From the NCBI GenBank assembly GCA_041661765.1, contig JBAZTV010000001.1, positions 364,791 to 428,790 on the forward strand: a stretch of DNA of 64,000 nucleotides. The letters run 5' to 3'. A program made the position numbers and the translations under genes. Within the stretch, counting starts at the first letter, position 1; every line of letters begins with the position of its first letter. The notes under the pieces were generated by a model, which saw nothing but the letters and a program-made list of their open reading frames with translations, did not search any database and was not told the DNA's origin. This DNA comes from Candidatus Shapirobacteria bacterium. Lineage in GTDB: Bacteria; Patescibacteriota; Microgenomatia; UBA12405. This document shows, in pieces, positions 21,618-31,017 of the stretch.

Positions 21618-22794
21618 TCATTTTAATTAATTTTTTTGCCTCTTTTACAGCAAAATTAATACCCCTATCTTCCGGATAAATTTGAGAAAAATTTAATCGA
21701 TATAACTTTTCATTAACTTTATAATTTGGAATTTTATAATTTTTTGTAACAATATGCTGGGCATTTTTAAATTTAAAAATCTTTTTTTCTAAAACCCGAT
21801 TTTCATCAAATTCTGGTTTAATTTTTTTTAAATAATCAAAAAATTCTTTTTCAATTTCTTTATCCGAAATTTTAAAATATCGATGGTCTTGTGGGACATA
21901 AGTTCCCAAATAATAAACATTTTTACCATTATATCCGCCGTTTTTTAATAGATTGTTATGTTGAACCATCACTAAAAAAGGGGATTTCAAATCATTAATA
22001 TTATGCCAATAAAATTCACTAAGACTCTGATCTGAAGAAAAAACCAAATCTACCGCTCCAATATAATCAACTCCCTCAGCTGGCCGTGTATCAATCACCA
22101 AATCAAAATCAGAAATCGCCCTGTCAAGGGAGATGTCCGCAGGACAGAGGGTTTGTACCTTTAAATTTTTAGCTAATTTTTTAATAATTAAACCAAACCC
22201 TCCATCAATATAACCTAAAACCTCTTCTCCTTTTTCATTAATTGATCCACCCCTAGTATGAATTCTAGCCCAAAGCCAAGCCATTGAAACTTTTTCGTAA
22301 TATTCATGGAACTTTCCTTTTAATAAAGGTTTCCAAATCACTTCATAAGCCCTTCTTCCAGCCCATTTTTCCATCCATTTCGCAGCTGTAACATCTTCAT
22401 ATTTCTTCCAATCTCCATCAAATTTAAGCCACAAATAAACCAAACCTAATCTAAATTTATCGACTAATCCCAATTCTCCAAATTTTAATAAATCAATTGC
22501 GCCTAAAAATGGGTACATTTTACCGTTATAATAAAGTCCAATCGAACTTTTATACCATTTTAATTTTTCTTTCAAACCCAATTCTTCAATTAAATTAATT
22601 ATTTCTTTATCAGTTTTAAAAATATGATGATAAACTTTTTCCAAACTTTCCCCTCCAATTTTAAAATCCGACAATAACCCGCCCATTTCTTTTTCTTTTT
22701 CAAAAATAGTTACATCATATCCTTTTTTAAATAACTCATATCCGGCAGTCAAACCGCCGATTCCTGCCCCAATAATCGCTACTTTTTTTTTCAT
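21598..22794 (-). CDS. FAD/NAD(P)-binding oxidoreductase (amine-oxidase / phytoene-desaturase-like; UDP-galactopyranose-mutase-like HHIFKT motif possible)
   Basis: N-terminal KVAIIGAGIGGLTAGYEL...IFEK...MGG dinucleotide-binding fold. Confidence 0.6.
   Translation of the reverse strand: MKKKVAIIGAGIGGLTAGYELFKKGYDVTIFEKEKEMGGLLSDFKIGGESLEKVYHHIFKTDKEIINLIEELGLKEKLKWYKSSIGLYYNGKMYPFLGAIDLLKFGELGLVDKFRLGLVYLWLKFDGDWKKYEDVTAAKWMEKWAGRRAYEVIWKPLLKGKFHEYYEKVSMAWLWARIHTRGGSINEKGEEVLGYIDGGFGLIIKKLAKNLKVQTLCPADISLDRAISDFDLVIDTRPAEGVDYIGAVDLVFSSDQSLSEFYWHNINDLKSPFLVMVQHNNLLKNGGYNGKNVYYLGTYVPQDHRYFKISDKEIEKEFFDYLKKIKPEFDENRVLEKKIFKFKNAQHIVTKNYKIPNYKVNEKLYRLNFSQIYPEDRGINFAVKEAKKLIKMIEDENK
22119..22155. 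repeat. Second copy of the CCCTGTCAAGGGAG two-hairpin GC-rich element, in frame inside the oxidoreductase CDS
   Basis: CCCTGTCAAGGGAG-ATGTCCGCAGGACA-GAGGGTTTG has the same architecture as 11713-11765; it encodes ...CPADISLDRAIS... Confidence 0.45.
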
Positions 22795-22865
22795 AAATTA
22801 TGGTATCATAATCCCATCCGCTGTTGCTTGAATGCAACGGTTTTTATTATCATTTATCATAAATA

Positions 22866-24968
22866 ATGGCTGAACAAATCAAACTTACTAAAAATCGTAA
22901 CGTAACTATGGATAAAGTCCGAAACATTGGAATTATCGCTCATATTGATGGTGGCAAAACTACTACTACTGAAAGAATTTTATTTTATACCGGTAAAATC
23001 CACAAAATTGGTTCTGTTGACGAAGGTTCAACTACTACCGATTCCATGACTCAAGAAAAAGAACGTGGTATTACTATTCAATCTGCTTGTATTACTACTT
23101 ATTGGAAAGATTATCGTCTAAATATTATCGATACCCCCGGACACGTCGATTTTACCGCCGAAGTGGAAAGATCGCTTCGTGTTTTAGACGGAGCTATTAT
23201 GATTTTTGATGCTAATGCTGGTGTTCAAGCTCAATCAGAAACTGTTTGGCGACAAGCCGACAAATATGGTGTTCCTCGAATTACTTTTGTTAATAAAATG
23301 GATAAAATAGGTGCCTCTTTTCAAGGTACTTTAAATAGTATTACCGAAAAACTTCATGCTCCAATTTGCCCTGTTGTTATACCTGTTGGTGAAGAACATG
23401 ACCACATTGGTGTTGTTGATTTGATGAATATGGAAATGATTGTTTACGATAAGGATGAAGAAGGTTTAGAATTTACCCGAAAACCAGTCACCGATGAATA
23501 TAAAGAAAAAGCTATCAAAGCCCGAGCCGAAATGGTTGAAAAAATTGCTAGTGAAGATGAAATTTTAATGGAAAAATTTTTAAACGATGAAGAAATTTCC
23601 ATCCCAGAATTAAAAGCTGCTCTCAGAAAAGCCACTATCGACAAAAAACTGTTCCCAGTTTATTGTGGCGCTGCATGGAGAAATAAAGGTATTCACCCTA
23701 TTTTAGACGGTATTATTGACTATCTTCCGTCCCCATTAGATCTTCCTCCAATCGAAGGTTATAATCCAGAAAATAATGATCCTATCTTCAGAAAACCTCT
23801 CAAAACAGAACCATTATCAGCTCTTCTTTTTAAAGTTCAATCAGATCCACATGTTGGAACTTTATCCTATGTTAGGGTATATTCTGGTACTTTAAAAGCC
23901 GGTTCTGAAGTTTACAACACAACCAAAGGTAAAAGCGAACGTATTGGTCGTTTACTTTTAATGCACGCTGACAAAAGAGAAGGTCTTGAAGAAGGTTTTG
24001 CTGGTGAAATTGTTGCCTGCATTGGTTTAAAAGAATCTACCACTGGCGACACTCTTTGCGATTCCAACAACATCATTTCTTTATCTCCAATTCAATTTGC
24101 TGAACCAGTTATTTCTTTATCCATTGAGCCAGCCACTGCCGATGATCAAGAAAAAATGGGTGCTGCTCTTAATCGTTTAGCTATCGAAGATCCAACTTTT
24201 AGAGTTACCTACAATCATGAAACTGGCCAAACTATTGTTGCTGGTATGGGTGAACTTTATCTTGAAATCATTGTTGATCGTTTAAAAAGAGAATTTGGTG
24301 TCAATGTTAAAACCGGTGCTCCCCAAGTCGCTTATCGTGAAACTATTTCCGGAAATGCCGAAGGTGAGGGTAAATACATTCATCAATCCGGTGGTCATGG
24401 CCAATACGGTCATTGTAAAATTAAAGTTGAACCTAAAGAAAGAGGGGAAGGCTACGAATTTGTCAATGCTGTCAAAGGTGGAGCTATTCCAGCCAATTTT
24501 ATTCCTGCCATTGAAAAAGGTGTTAAAGAAACTCTCCAAAAAGGTATTATCGCTGGATTCCCAGCCACTGACATTAAGGTCACCGTCTACGACGGAACCT
24601 ATCACGAAGTCGATTCTTCCGAAATGGCCTTTAAATTAGCTGGAGCATATGCCATTAAAGATGCCTTTGCTGCCGCTAAACCTTTAATTGTCGAACCAAT
24701 CATGAAATTTGAAGTTAATATCCCTTCTGAATTTTTAGGAACCGTCATCGGTGATCTTTCTTCTCGTCGCGGTCAAATCAACGGAACCGAAGATAGTCAC
24801 GGTTTCACCACCATTCATGCTTTCGTTCCATTAGAAGCCATCAGTGGTTATGCCACAACCATTCGCAGTTTAACCCAGGGTCGTGGATCTTTTTACATGG
24901 AACCATGCCGTTACGATCCAGTTCCACGTGAAATTCAAGAAAAACTAACCACAAAAACCAACGGTTAA
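22866..24968 (+). CDS. fusA: Elongation factor G
   Basis: G-domain motifs AHIDGGKTT, DTPGHVDF and NKMD, plus full EF-G domain architecture (700 aa). Confidence 0.95.
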   Translation: MAEQIKLTKNRNVTMDKVRNIGIIAHIDGGKTTTTERILFYTGKIHKIGSVDEGSTTTDSMTQEKERGITIQSACITTYWKDYRLNIIDTPGHVDFTAEVERSLRVLDGAIMIFDANAGVQAQSETVWRQADKYGVPRITFVNKMDKIGASFQGTLNSITEKLHAPICPVVIPVGEEHDHIGVVDLMNMEMIVYDKDEEGLEFTRKPVTDEYKEKAIKARAEMVEKIASEDEILMEKFLNDEEISIPELKAALRKATIDKKLFPVYCGAAWRNKGIHPILDGIIDYLPSPLDLPPIEGYNPENNDPIFRKPLKTEPLSALLFKVQSDPHVGTLSYVRVYSGTLKAGSEVYNTTKGKSERIGRLLLMHADKREGLEEGFAGEIVACIGLKESTTGDTLCDSNNIISLSPIQFAEPVISLSIEPATADDQEKMGAALNRLAIEDPTFRVTYNHETGQTIVAGMGELYLEIIVDRLKREFGVNVKTGAPQVAYRETISGNAEGEGKYIHQSGGHGQYGHCKIKVEPKERGEGYEFVNAVKGGAIPANFIPAIEKGVKETLQKGIIAGFPATDIKVTVYDGTYHEVDSSEMAFKLAGAYAIKDAFAAAKPLIVEPIMKFEVNIPSEFLGTVIGDLSSRRGQINGTEDSHGFTTIHAFVPLEAISGYATTIRSLTQGRGSFYMEPCRYDPVPREIQEKLTTKTNG

Positions 24969-24993
24969 TAAAAATCTTAACCAGTCATCAAAT

Positions 24994-25018
24994 ACTCCCG
25001 ATTTTCGGGAGTATTTTT
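24994..25018 (+). terminator. Rho-independent terminator after fusA
   Basis: ACTCCCG-attttc-GGGAGT hairpin followed by ATTTTTAT. Confidence 0.8.
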
Positions 25019-25054
25019 ATGTTAATATAAAAATATAAAATAATTCAAAATTTA

Positions 25055-25330
25055 ATGAGCGAAATAATCAAAAATACTTATCGTGGTTATGAAATAGAAT
25101 TTATTAGAAGAATAGATCAAAAAACAGCTACTCCAGATTCTCGCATTGCCTTTGATGACGGTATACCAACTTCACAATTAAACAGAGAAAATTTATTTGA
25201 TATAGTTTCTAACACTGTTTGTCCTGGGACATATTCCTATTTTTGTAAAACTATTAATGACCAAAAAGAAACCAGAATAGCATTAGAAGTAGTTGAAGGT
25301 CCTTCTTTAAGAAAAAATAAACATTTGTAA
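25055..25330 (+). CDS. Hypothetical protein (91 aa)
   Basis: ORF between the fusA terminator and the RAYT gene; no recognisable family. Confidence 0.4.
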   Translation: MSEIIKNTYRGYEIEFIRRIDQKTATPDSRIAFDDGIPTSQLNRENLFDIVSNTVCPGTYSYFCKTINDQKETRIALEVVEGPSLRKNKHL

Positions 25331-25359
25331 AATAAATCACAAAATATATAATTTATTTT

Positions 25360-25995
25360 GTGCCACTCGAAAAATTTCCATTCAAAATAGAAAAACAATT
25401 TCGATTAAAAAATTGGGATTATTCATCATCCGGTTTTTATTTCATTACAATTTGTACACATGATCATACAAGTTATTTTGGCAAAATAATAAATAATAAT
25501 ATTGAATTAAATCAAATCGGAAAAATTGCATTTCAAGATTGGATAAATATTCCAAATCATTTTCAAAATATTATATTGGACGAATTTATCATTATGCCAA
25601 ATCATGTGCACGGAATATTAATAATTAATAATATAAACATGTGTAGGAACGCGCCGTGGCGCGTTCATTCAAACAATGATTTAACCATTCATTCAAACAA
25701 CAATAAAATTATTCATCCAATCAATAATTTCACAAATAATAATTTTAATATAAACAAGAACGCGCCACGGCGCGTTCCTACAGGGATTGAACCATTAATA
25801 CCAAATTCAATTTCATCAATTATTAATCATTTTAAAGGGAACATAACCAAATTTTGTAAAAACAACAATTTAAATTTCAAATGGCAACCAAAATTCCATG
25901 ACCGCGTTATTCGGTCCGAAAAAGAATATTACATCAGAAGGCAATACATTAAAAACAATCCTAAAAATTGGGGAAAAACAATCCCATCTTCTTGA
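25360..25995 (+). CDS. REP-associated tyrosine transposase (RAYT / TnpA_REP, IS200-like Y1 HUH family), GTG start
   Basis: N-terminal WDYSSSGFYFITICT beta-strand, HUH motif IIMPNHVHGIL, and a C-terminus KWQPKFHDRVIRSEKEYYIRRQYIKNNPKNWG closely paralleling E. coli RayT (WQPRFWEHAIRNTKDYRHHVDYIYINPVKHGW). Confidence 0.75.
   Translation: MPLEKFPFKIEKQFRLKNWDYSSSGFYFITICTHDHTSYFGKIINNNIELNQIGKIAFQDWINIPNHFQNIILDEFIIMPNHVHGILIINNINMCRNAPWRVHSNNDLTIHSNNNKIIHPINNFTNNNFNINKNAPRRVPTGIEPLIPNSISSIINHFKGNITKFCKNNNLNFKWQPKFHDRVIRSEKEYYIRRQYIKNNPKNWGKTIPSS
25643..25781. repeat. REPIN-like pair inside RAYT copy 1: GTAGGAACGCGCCGTGGCGCGTTC (25643-25666) and its exact reverse complement (25758-25781), separated by an AT-rich Asn-coding spacer
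   Basis: Exact 24-nt inverted copies, each itself palindromic, with the GTAG head conserved in REP elements. Confidence 0.8.
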
Positions 25996-26020
25996 CTTTT
26001 CCCAATTTATATCCTATAAT
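25992..26020 (+). promoter_or_regulatory. Consensus sigma70-like promoter TTGACT-17-TATAAT
   Basis: Seen directly; drives the downstream hypothetical gene through the inverted-repeat leader. Confidence 0.55.
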
Positions 26021-26089
26021 AACCAAAATTTATACAATTTCCCAAGCAGAAATTAATATAGATAGTACTTTTAAAACTAGGTTGTAATA

Positions 26090-26142
26090 TTGATGAACGG
26101 AAACATGGTTCAAAATTTTTGTGCCATCTTTCCGTTCATCAA
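26090..26142. promoter_or_regulatory. Inverted repeat TTGATGAACGGAAA-N25-TTTCCGTTCATCAA in the 5' leader of the 26175 gene
   Basis: Perfect 14-nt arms; same core and spacer length as the element at 10462-10513. Confidence 0.5.
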
Positions 26143-26174
26143 GGATGAATGAGATTTTGAAAGAAGGTAATTTT

Positions 26175-26864
26175 ATGTCCAAAATTGACAATACATTTAG
26201 TAAATTAGTAGAGGATGTAGAAAAAAAAGATCCAGAAATCACTCAAATGGAAAATCTTTTTGTGATGAAAAGATTGGAATCAGCATACCCACATGCCTTT
26301 TTAAAATTTGAAAAAGGTGATAGTAATGAATATTGCTTGGTTCTAAATTGTGGAAAACACAACAAAAAAATAATCGGTAAATTCGGAATCGTTAACCTGA
26401 CAATAGATGAATATGGTCCGGTTGTCAGCGAATATTCGTTTGACATAACTCCGATCATAAGAAATCTATTTGAAGGAAAGGAACCACTTGAAAGATTAAT
26501 AGGAGTGACTATTAAACAAGAGTATATTAATGTTTATATCAAAAATATTGAAGAAAAGATAAAGGAGTTAAGTAATGGTTGGGGCATATCTAATTATGAT
26601 TATCCTGAAAATTGGAGTGAATACTATTACTTAATAAACAGAAAAAATTATATTTTAGAATCCATCAAAAAAGACGAAAAAATATTTGTAAAATGTTCAG
26701 CCAAGAAATATGATATTAACCGTATAAATATTTTTTGTACTCGTAGTTTTAAGGAAGAATTAGATTTTGCTGAAAATCACAGCCCGCTCAAAACATGCGA
26801 AATCCTTTTGGATACACTAACCAAACCTTCCAAAAAATTCCGTCTATTTTCCAGAATAACCTAA
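26175..26864 (+). CDS. Hypothetical protein (229 aa from MSKIDN; the track ORF starts at 26121)
   Basis: RBS GAAGGTAATTTT-ATG favours the 26175 start; no recognisable family. Confidence 0.45.
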   Translation: MSKIDNTFSKLVEDVEKKDPEITQMENLFVMKRLESAYPHAFLKFEKGDSNEYCLVLNCGKHNKKIIGKFGIVNLTIDEYGPVVSEYSFDITPIIRNLFEGKEPLERLIGVTIKQEYINVYIKNIEEKIKELSNGWGISNYDYPENWSEYYYLINRKNYILESIKKDEKIFVKCSAKKYDINRINIFCTRSFKEELDFAENHSPLKTCEILLDTLTKPSKKFRLFSRIT

Positions 26865-26877
26865 ATTATTCAAATTT

Positions 26878-26946
26878 CCCGGTACAGAACACTCATTTTG
26901 CGTCATACGCTTTATGAACTTCTTGTGCCGGGTATTTTTTTGCCAA
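26878..26946 (+). terminator. Candidate terminator: CCCGGTACA...TGTGCCGGG stem with a large loop followed by TATTTTTTTG
   Basis: 8/9-bp inverted repeat plus T-run; atypical loop length. Confidence 0.35.
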
Positions 26947-26964
26947 AATTTCCAATTTATTCAT

Positions 26965-26992
26965 GTAGAGACGTAGTGCGCTACGTCTCTAC
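26965..26992. repeat. REP-like 28-nt palindrome GTAGAGACGTAGTGCGCTACGTCTCTAC (GTAG head), intergenic
   Basis: Perfect palindrome; same arms (GTAGAGACG...CGTCTCTAC) as the copy inside miaA at 56139-56166. Confidence 0.75.
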
Positions 26993-27113
26993 TACGGGTA
27001 ATCAAAATCAACATTATCAAATTAAATTTTATATTTTTTTTATGTTAAACTTTTACTTAACTCTATTTAGATAAATTTTTCTAAAAAGGCATTAAATTGC
27101 TTCGTTTTGTATA

Positions 27114-27142
27114 TTGCAAAGCCTTAGTCTAGCTGTTACAAT
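27114..27142 (+). promoter_or_regulatory. Strong sigma70-like promoter TTGCAA-17-TACAAT upstream of tuf
   Basis: Seen directly, ~75 nt upstream of the tuf RBS AAAGGAGAA. Confidence 0.55.
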
Positions 27143-27218
27143 CTAAAAGCATTTTAATCTAAAATTATTAATTCAATTTCGTCTTAAAGAAGACAACAAA
27201 TTAAAAAAGGAGAAAACA

Positions 27219-28391
27219 ATGGCAGAAACTTATAAAAGAGATAAACCACACGTTAATGTCGGTACTATTGGTCACGTCGATCATGGTAAAACCACTCTAA
27301 CCGCCGCTATTTCAGCAATTCAAGGTGGTGGAAAATCCTACGCAGATATCGCCAAAGGCGGTACCGTTCGTGATGCTTCCAAAATCGTTACTATTGCTAT
27401 TTCTCATATTGAATACGAAACCGATAAAAGACATTATGCCCATATCGATTGTCCAGGACACGCTGATTACGTCAAAAACATGATCACTGGTGCTGCTCAA
27501 ATGGATGGAGCCATTCTCGTCGTTTCTGCACCAGACGGTCCAATGCCACAAACTCGTGAACACGTTTTGTTGGCTAATCAAGTTAATGTTCCTAAATTAG
27601 TTGTTTTCTTAAATAAATGTGACCTCGTCACTGATCCTGAATTCTTAGATTTGGTCGAAATGGAAGTCCGTGATTTATTAACTAAGTACGGTTTCCCAGG
27701 TGATGAAACTCCAATTATTAGAGGTTCCGCTCTTAAAGCTCTCAATGGTGACCCAGAAGGTGTTGAATCTATTAAAAAATTAATGGATGCTTTAGATACT
27801 TATATCGATGAACCTGTTCGTGAATTAGATAAGCCTTTCTTAATGCCAGTTGAAGATGTTTTCTCAATCAAAGGTCGAGGAACCGTTGCTACCGGTAGAA
27901 TTGAAAAAGGTATTATTAAAATTAACGATGAAATCGAAATCGTTGGTTTACGAGACACTCGAAAAGCCATTGTTACTGGTGTTGAAATGTTCCACAAACT
28001 ACTTGATCAAGGTCAAGCCGGTGATAACGTTGGATTATTGCTTCGTGGAGTTGAAAAAAATGACATCGAAAGGGGTCAAGTTTTAGCTAAACCAGGTTCA
28101 ATCCAGCCACACACTGAATTCAAAGCTGAAGTTCTTTTACTTAAAAAAGAAGAAGGTGGACGTCACACTCCAATCTTCAGTGGTTATCGTCCACAAGTTT
28201 TCATCAGAACTACTGATGTAACTGGTGATCTTACTCTACCAGAAGGTACTGAAATGGTCATGCCAGGCGACAACACTAACGTTGTTATTAAATTAATCAA
28301 ACCTGTTGCTATGCAACCTGGCCAAAGATTTGCTATCCGAGAAGGTGGCTTAACTGTTGGTGCCGGTGCTATCACAGAAATTATTAAATAA
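27219..28391 (+). CDS. tuf: Elongation factor Tu
   Basis: [18 protein letters not shown] and NKCD motifs. Confidence 0.96.
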   Translation: MAETYKRDKPHVNVGTIGHVDHGKTTLTAAISAIQGGGKSYADIAKGGTVRDASKIVTIAISHIEYETDKRHYAHIDCPGHADYVKNMITGAAQMDGAILVVSAPDGPMPQTREHVLLANQVNVPKLVVFLNKCDLVTDPEFLDLVEMEVRDLLTKYGFPGDETPIIRGSALKALNGDPEGVESIKKLMDALDTYIDEPVRELDKPFLMPVEDVFSIKGRGTVATGRIEKGIIKINDEIEIVGLRDTRKAIVTGVEMFHKLLDQGQAGDNVGLLLRGVEKNDIERGQVLAKPGSIQPHTEFKAEVLLLKKEEGGRHTPIFSGYRPQVFIRTTDVTGDLTLPEGTEMVMPGDNTNVVIKLIKPVAMQPGQRFAIREGGLTVGAGAITEIIK

Positions 28392-28395
28392 ATTT

Positions 28396-28707
28396 ATGAC
28401 CAAAGGTAACCACATTAGAATTCGATTAAAATCCTTCGATCATCGTATCATCGATGAAGCAGCCATTAAAATCGTCGAGACTGTGGTTACCGCTGGTGCT
28501 CAGGTACAAGGACCAATTCCTTTACCAACTGAGAAAAAAACCATTGTTGTTCTAACTAGTCCTCATACCGATAAAAACGCTCGTGAGCATTTCCAAATTC
28601 TCACCCATAAGCGTCTAATCGATATTTCGAATACCAGTCTTCGAACTGTAGATAGCCTTCAACATTTAGATTTACCATCAGGAGTGGAAATAGAAGTTAA
28701 AATGTAA
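28396..28707 (+). CDS. rpsJ: 30S ribosomal protein S10
   Basis: [18 protein letters not shown]...; true start MTKGN at 28396, while the track ORF extends upstream into tuf. Confidence 0.92.
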   Translation: MTKGNHIRIRLKSFDHRIIDEAAIKIVETVVTAGAQVQGPIPLPTEKKTIVVLTSPHTDKNAREHFQILTHKRLIDISNTSLRTVDSLQHLDLPSGVEIEVKM

Positions 28708-28709
28708 TT

Positions 28710-29327
28710 ATGATTTCAGGATTTCTTGTTAAAAAATGTCAAATGACCAGTGTCTTTACTGAAGACGGCAAAAGAATTGCCGTTACTAAATGTGTTGCCA
28801 AACCTTTAGTTGTCACTCAAATTAAAAACCAAAACAAAGATGGTTACCAAGCTGTTCAAGTTGCCTATGGTCAACGAAAAAGACTCGACCAATCCACTTC
28901 CGTAAAATTAAACAAACTAAAAATTGAAGGCACACCAAAAGGTTTTCAAGAATTCTTTTTAACCTCCGATCAAATCCCTGAAGTTGGCAGTAATATTTCT
29001 ATTGATACTATTTTTACTGTCGGTGAAAAAGTTGATATTACTGGTATTTCCAAAGGTCGTGGATTTGCTGGTGTTATCAAAAGACATGGTTTCAGAAAGC
29101 AACCACTTTTAGGTGCTTCTGATCGTGTTCGACATCCTGGTTCAATCGGTGCTCAAACTCCAGGTAAAGTTGTTAAAGGTAAAAAAATGCCAGGACATAT
29201 GGGAAATGTTAATAAAACCGTTGAAAACTTAAAAATCGTTGCCATCAATACCGAAAATAATGAAATATTAATTAGTGGTTCTTTTCCTGGGCACTTTAAC
29301 TCTTGGATCACCATTACTAAAGTCTAA
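28710..29327 (+). CDS. rplC: 50S ribosomal protein L3
   Basis: L3 family; position after S10. Confidence 0.9.
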   Translation: MISGFLVKKCQMTSVFTEDGKRIAVTKCVAKPLVVTQIKNQNKDGYQAVQVAYGQRKRLDQSTSVKLNKLKIEGTPKGFQEFFLTSDQIPEVGSNISIDTIFTVGEKVDITGISKGRGFAGVIKRHGFRKQPLLGASDRVRHPGSIGAQTPGKVVKGKKMPGHMGNVNKTVENLKIVAINTENNEILISGSFPGHFNSWITITKV

Positions 29328-29329
29328 TT

Positions 29330-29965
29330 ATGAAAACTCAAATTTATAATATCAAAGCAGAAAAAGTTGGAGAAATTGCCCTACCAAAGGAAGTTTTTGA
29401 TGCCAAAGTTTCTGAAAAATTAGTCGCTCAAGCCATTCGTGTTTATTTAGCCAATCAAAGATCTTCGTATGCCAAAGCAAAAACAAGATCAGAAGTCGCT
29501 GGAACACGACAAAAAGTTTGGGCTCAAAAAGGTACTGGTCGCGCTCGTCACGGTAACAAAACTGCCCCAATTTTTGTCGGTGGTGGTAGTGCTATGGGTC
29601 CAGATGGTCAACAAAACTATAAGCTTAAATTAAGTAAAAAAATGAAGGTGGTTGCCATTAATTCTATTTTAACTAAATTTGCTCAAGATAAAAAAATAAT
29701 TATCATCGATTCTTTTAAAGAATTAACTCCAAAAACTAAAGAGGGAATTAAATTACTCACTGGACTTAAAGCCTCAAATGAAGTATTATCAAAAAGTTCG
29801 AAAGTTGGGATAATTACATCACAAACCCTTCAAAACGTAAAAAGGGCTTTTGGAAATCTTCCCAAAACAAATCTTTTGTCCCTTAAATCTTTAAATGTCT
29901 ATAATCTTTCTAATCAAAATTTTTTGATTCTAAGTCAAGACACTCTAGACATTTTTTCTAAATAA
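29330..29965 (+). CDS. rplD: 50S ribosomal protein L4
   Basis: KGTGRARHG motif. Confidence 0.9.
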   Translation: MKTQIYNIKAEKVGEIALPKEVFDAKVSEKLVAQAIRVYLANQRSSYAKAKTRSEVAGTRQKVWAQKGTGRARHGNKTAPIFVGGGSAMGPDGQQNYKLKLSKKMKVVAINSILTKFAQDKKIIIIDSFKELTPKTKEGIKLLTGLKASNEVLSKSSKVGIITSQTLQNVKRAFGNLPKTNLLSLKSLNVYNLSNQNFLILSQDTLDIFSK

Positions 29966-29967
29966 AT

Positions 29968-30264
29968 ATGAAAACCAATTTAATAGTTTTAAAACCAGCT
30001 TTTACTGAAAAGACCTTAGTTCAACAAGAAAAAGGTAAATATACCTTTTGGGTCAAAAAAGACGCCACTAAAGGTCAAATTCAGTCTTCTTTTAAAACCG
30101 TTTTTGGCATCAAACCACTCAATATCAACACTGTCTTAGTCAAAGGTAAAACTAAAACTGATTGGAAAAAAAGATTACCAATCAAAAAACCTGATCTTAA
30201 AAAAGCCATTATTACTGTTGATAAAGATATTAAAATCGAATTATTAAATATCAAAACCAAATAA
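29968..30264 (+). CDS. rplW: 50S ribosomal protein L23
   Basis: L23 family; position. Confidence 0.88.
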   Translation: MKTNLIVLKPAFTEKTLVQQEKGKYTFWVKKDATKGQIQSSFKTVFGIKPLNINTVLVKGKTKTDWKKRLPIKKPDLKKAIITVDKDIKIELLNIKTK

Positions 30265-30267
30265 TTT

Positions 30268-31014
30268 ATGACCAGAATTAAAGCTTTATTAACTATCAAG
30301 AAAAAAACCAGCGGTCGAGATTCCCAAGGTCATGTCTCCATCCGACATCGCGGTGGTGAGCAAAAACGTTTTTTAAGAGAAATTGATTGGCGTAGAGATA
30401 AAATTGATATCAAAGCTAAAGTTGTTTCTATTGAATATGATCCAGGTCGAACCGCCGACATTGCTCTTTTAGTTTATGAAGATGGAGCTAAATCTTTTAT
30501 TCTAGCCTCTACCGGTTTAAAAGTTGGTGATACCGTCGTTTCTTCAGAAAACGCTCCTATTAAAGAAGGTAATTGCCTACCTCTTAAAAACATCCCAGTT
30601 GGCGTTCCAATTCATTGTTTATCCTTCATCGTTAACAAAGGCGCTCAAGTAGTTAAAAGTGCTGGTAATGCTGCTTATGTTCAAAGCATCGACGGCAAAA
30701 AAGCCACCATTAAATTACCATCGGGTGAAATTAGAATTTTTAATGCCGAATCAAAAGCCACTATTGGTCAAGTCGGAAATTCAGAACATTCAACTCAAAA
30801 ATTAACCAAAGCTGGTCAAAAACGTCTTCGAGGTATTCGTCCCACCGTTAGAGGTGTGGCTCAAAATCCTCATTCCCATCCACATGGTGGTGGTGAAGGT
30901 CGAAGCTCTATTGGTATGCATCCAAAAACACCTTGGGGTAAACCTGCATTCAAGAGAACCAGAAAACACAAAAAAGCATCTAATAAGTTAATTATTCAAA
31001 GAAGAAAGAAGTAA
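30268..31014 (+). CDS. rplB: 50S ribosomal protein L2 (N-terminally short, 248 aa)
   Basis: SGRDSQGHVSIRHRGGEQKR...GVAQNPHSHPHGGGEG conserved core. Confidence 0.9.
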   Translation: MTRIKALLTIKKKTSGRDSQGHVSIRHRGGEQKRFLREIDWRRDKIDIKAKVVSIEYDPGRTADIALLVYEDGAKSFILASTGLKVGDTVVSSENAPIKEGNCLPLKNIPVGVPIHCLSFIVNKGAQVVKSAGNAAYVQSIDGKKATIKLPSGEIRIFNAESKATIGQVGNSEHSTQKLTKAGQKRLRGIRPTVRGVAQNPHSHPHGGGEGRSSIGMHPKTPWGKPAFKRTRKHKKASNKLIIQRRKK

Positions 31015-31017
31015 TCT

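Noticed and set aside
21598-22794. Assigning the FAD protein specifically as UDP-galactopyranose mutase (glf)
   Set aside because: Only the HHIFKT segment resembles the Glf HIFHT motif. The overall pattern fits amine-oxidase/phytoene-desaturase-like flavoproteins equally well, so it is left as a generic oxidoreductase.
28357-28395. ORF-track extensions of rpsJ (28357), rpsH (34720), infA (38796), rpsI (42508) and the AbrB-like gene (60188)
   Set aside because: Each extension overlaps the upstream gene and lacks an RBS. Internal ATGs with RBS-like sequences match the canonical N-termini of the families.
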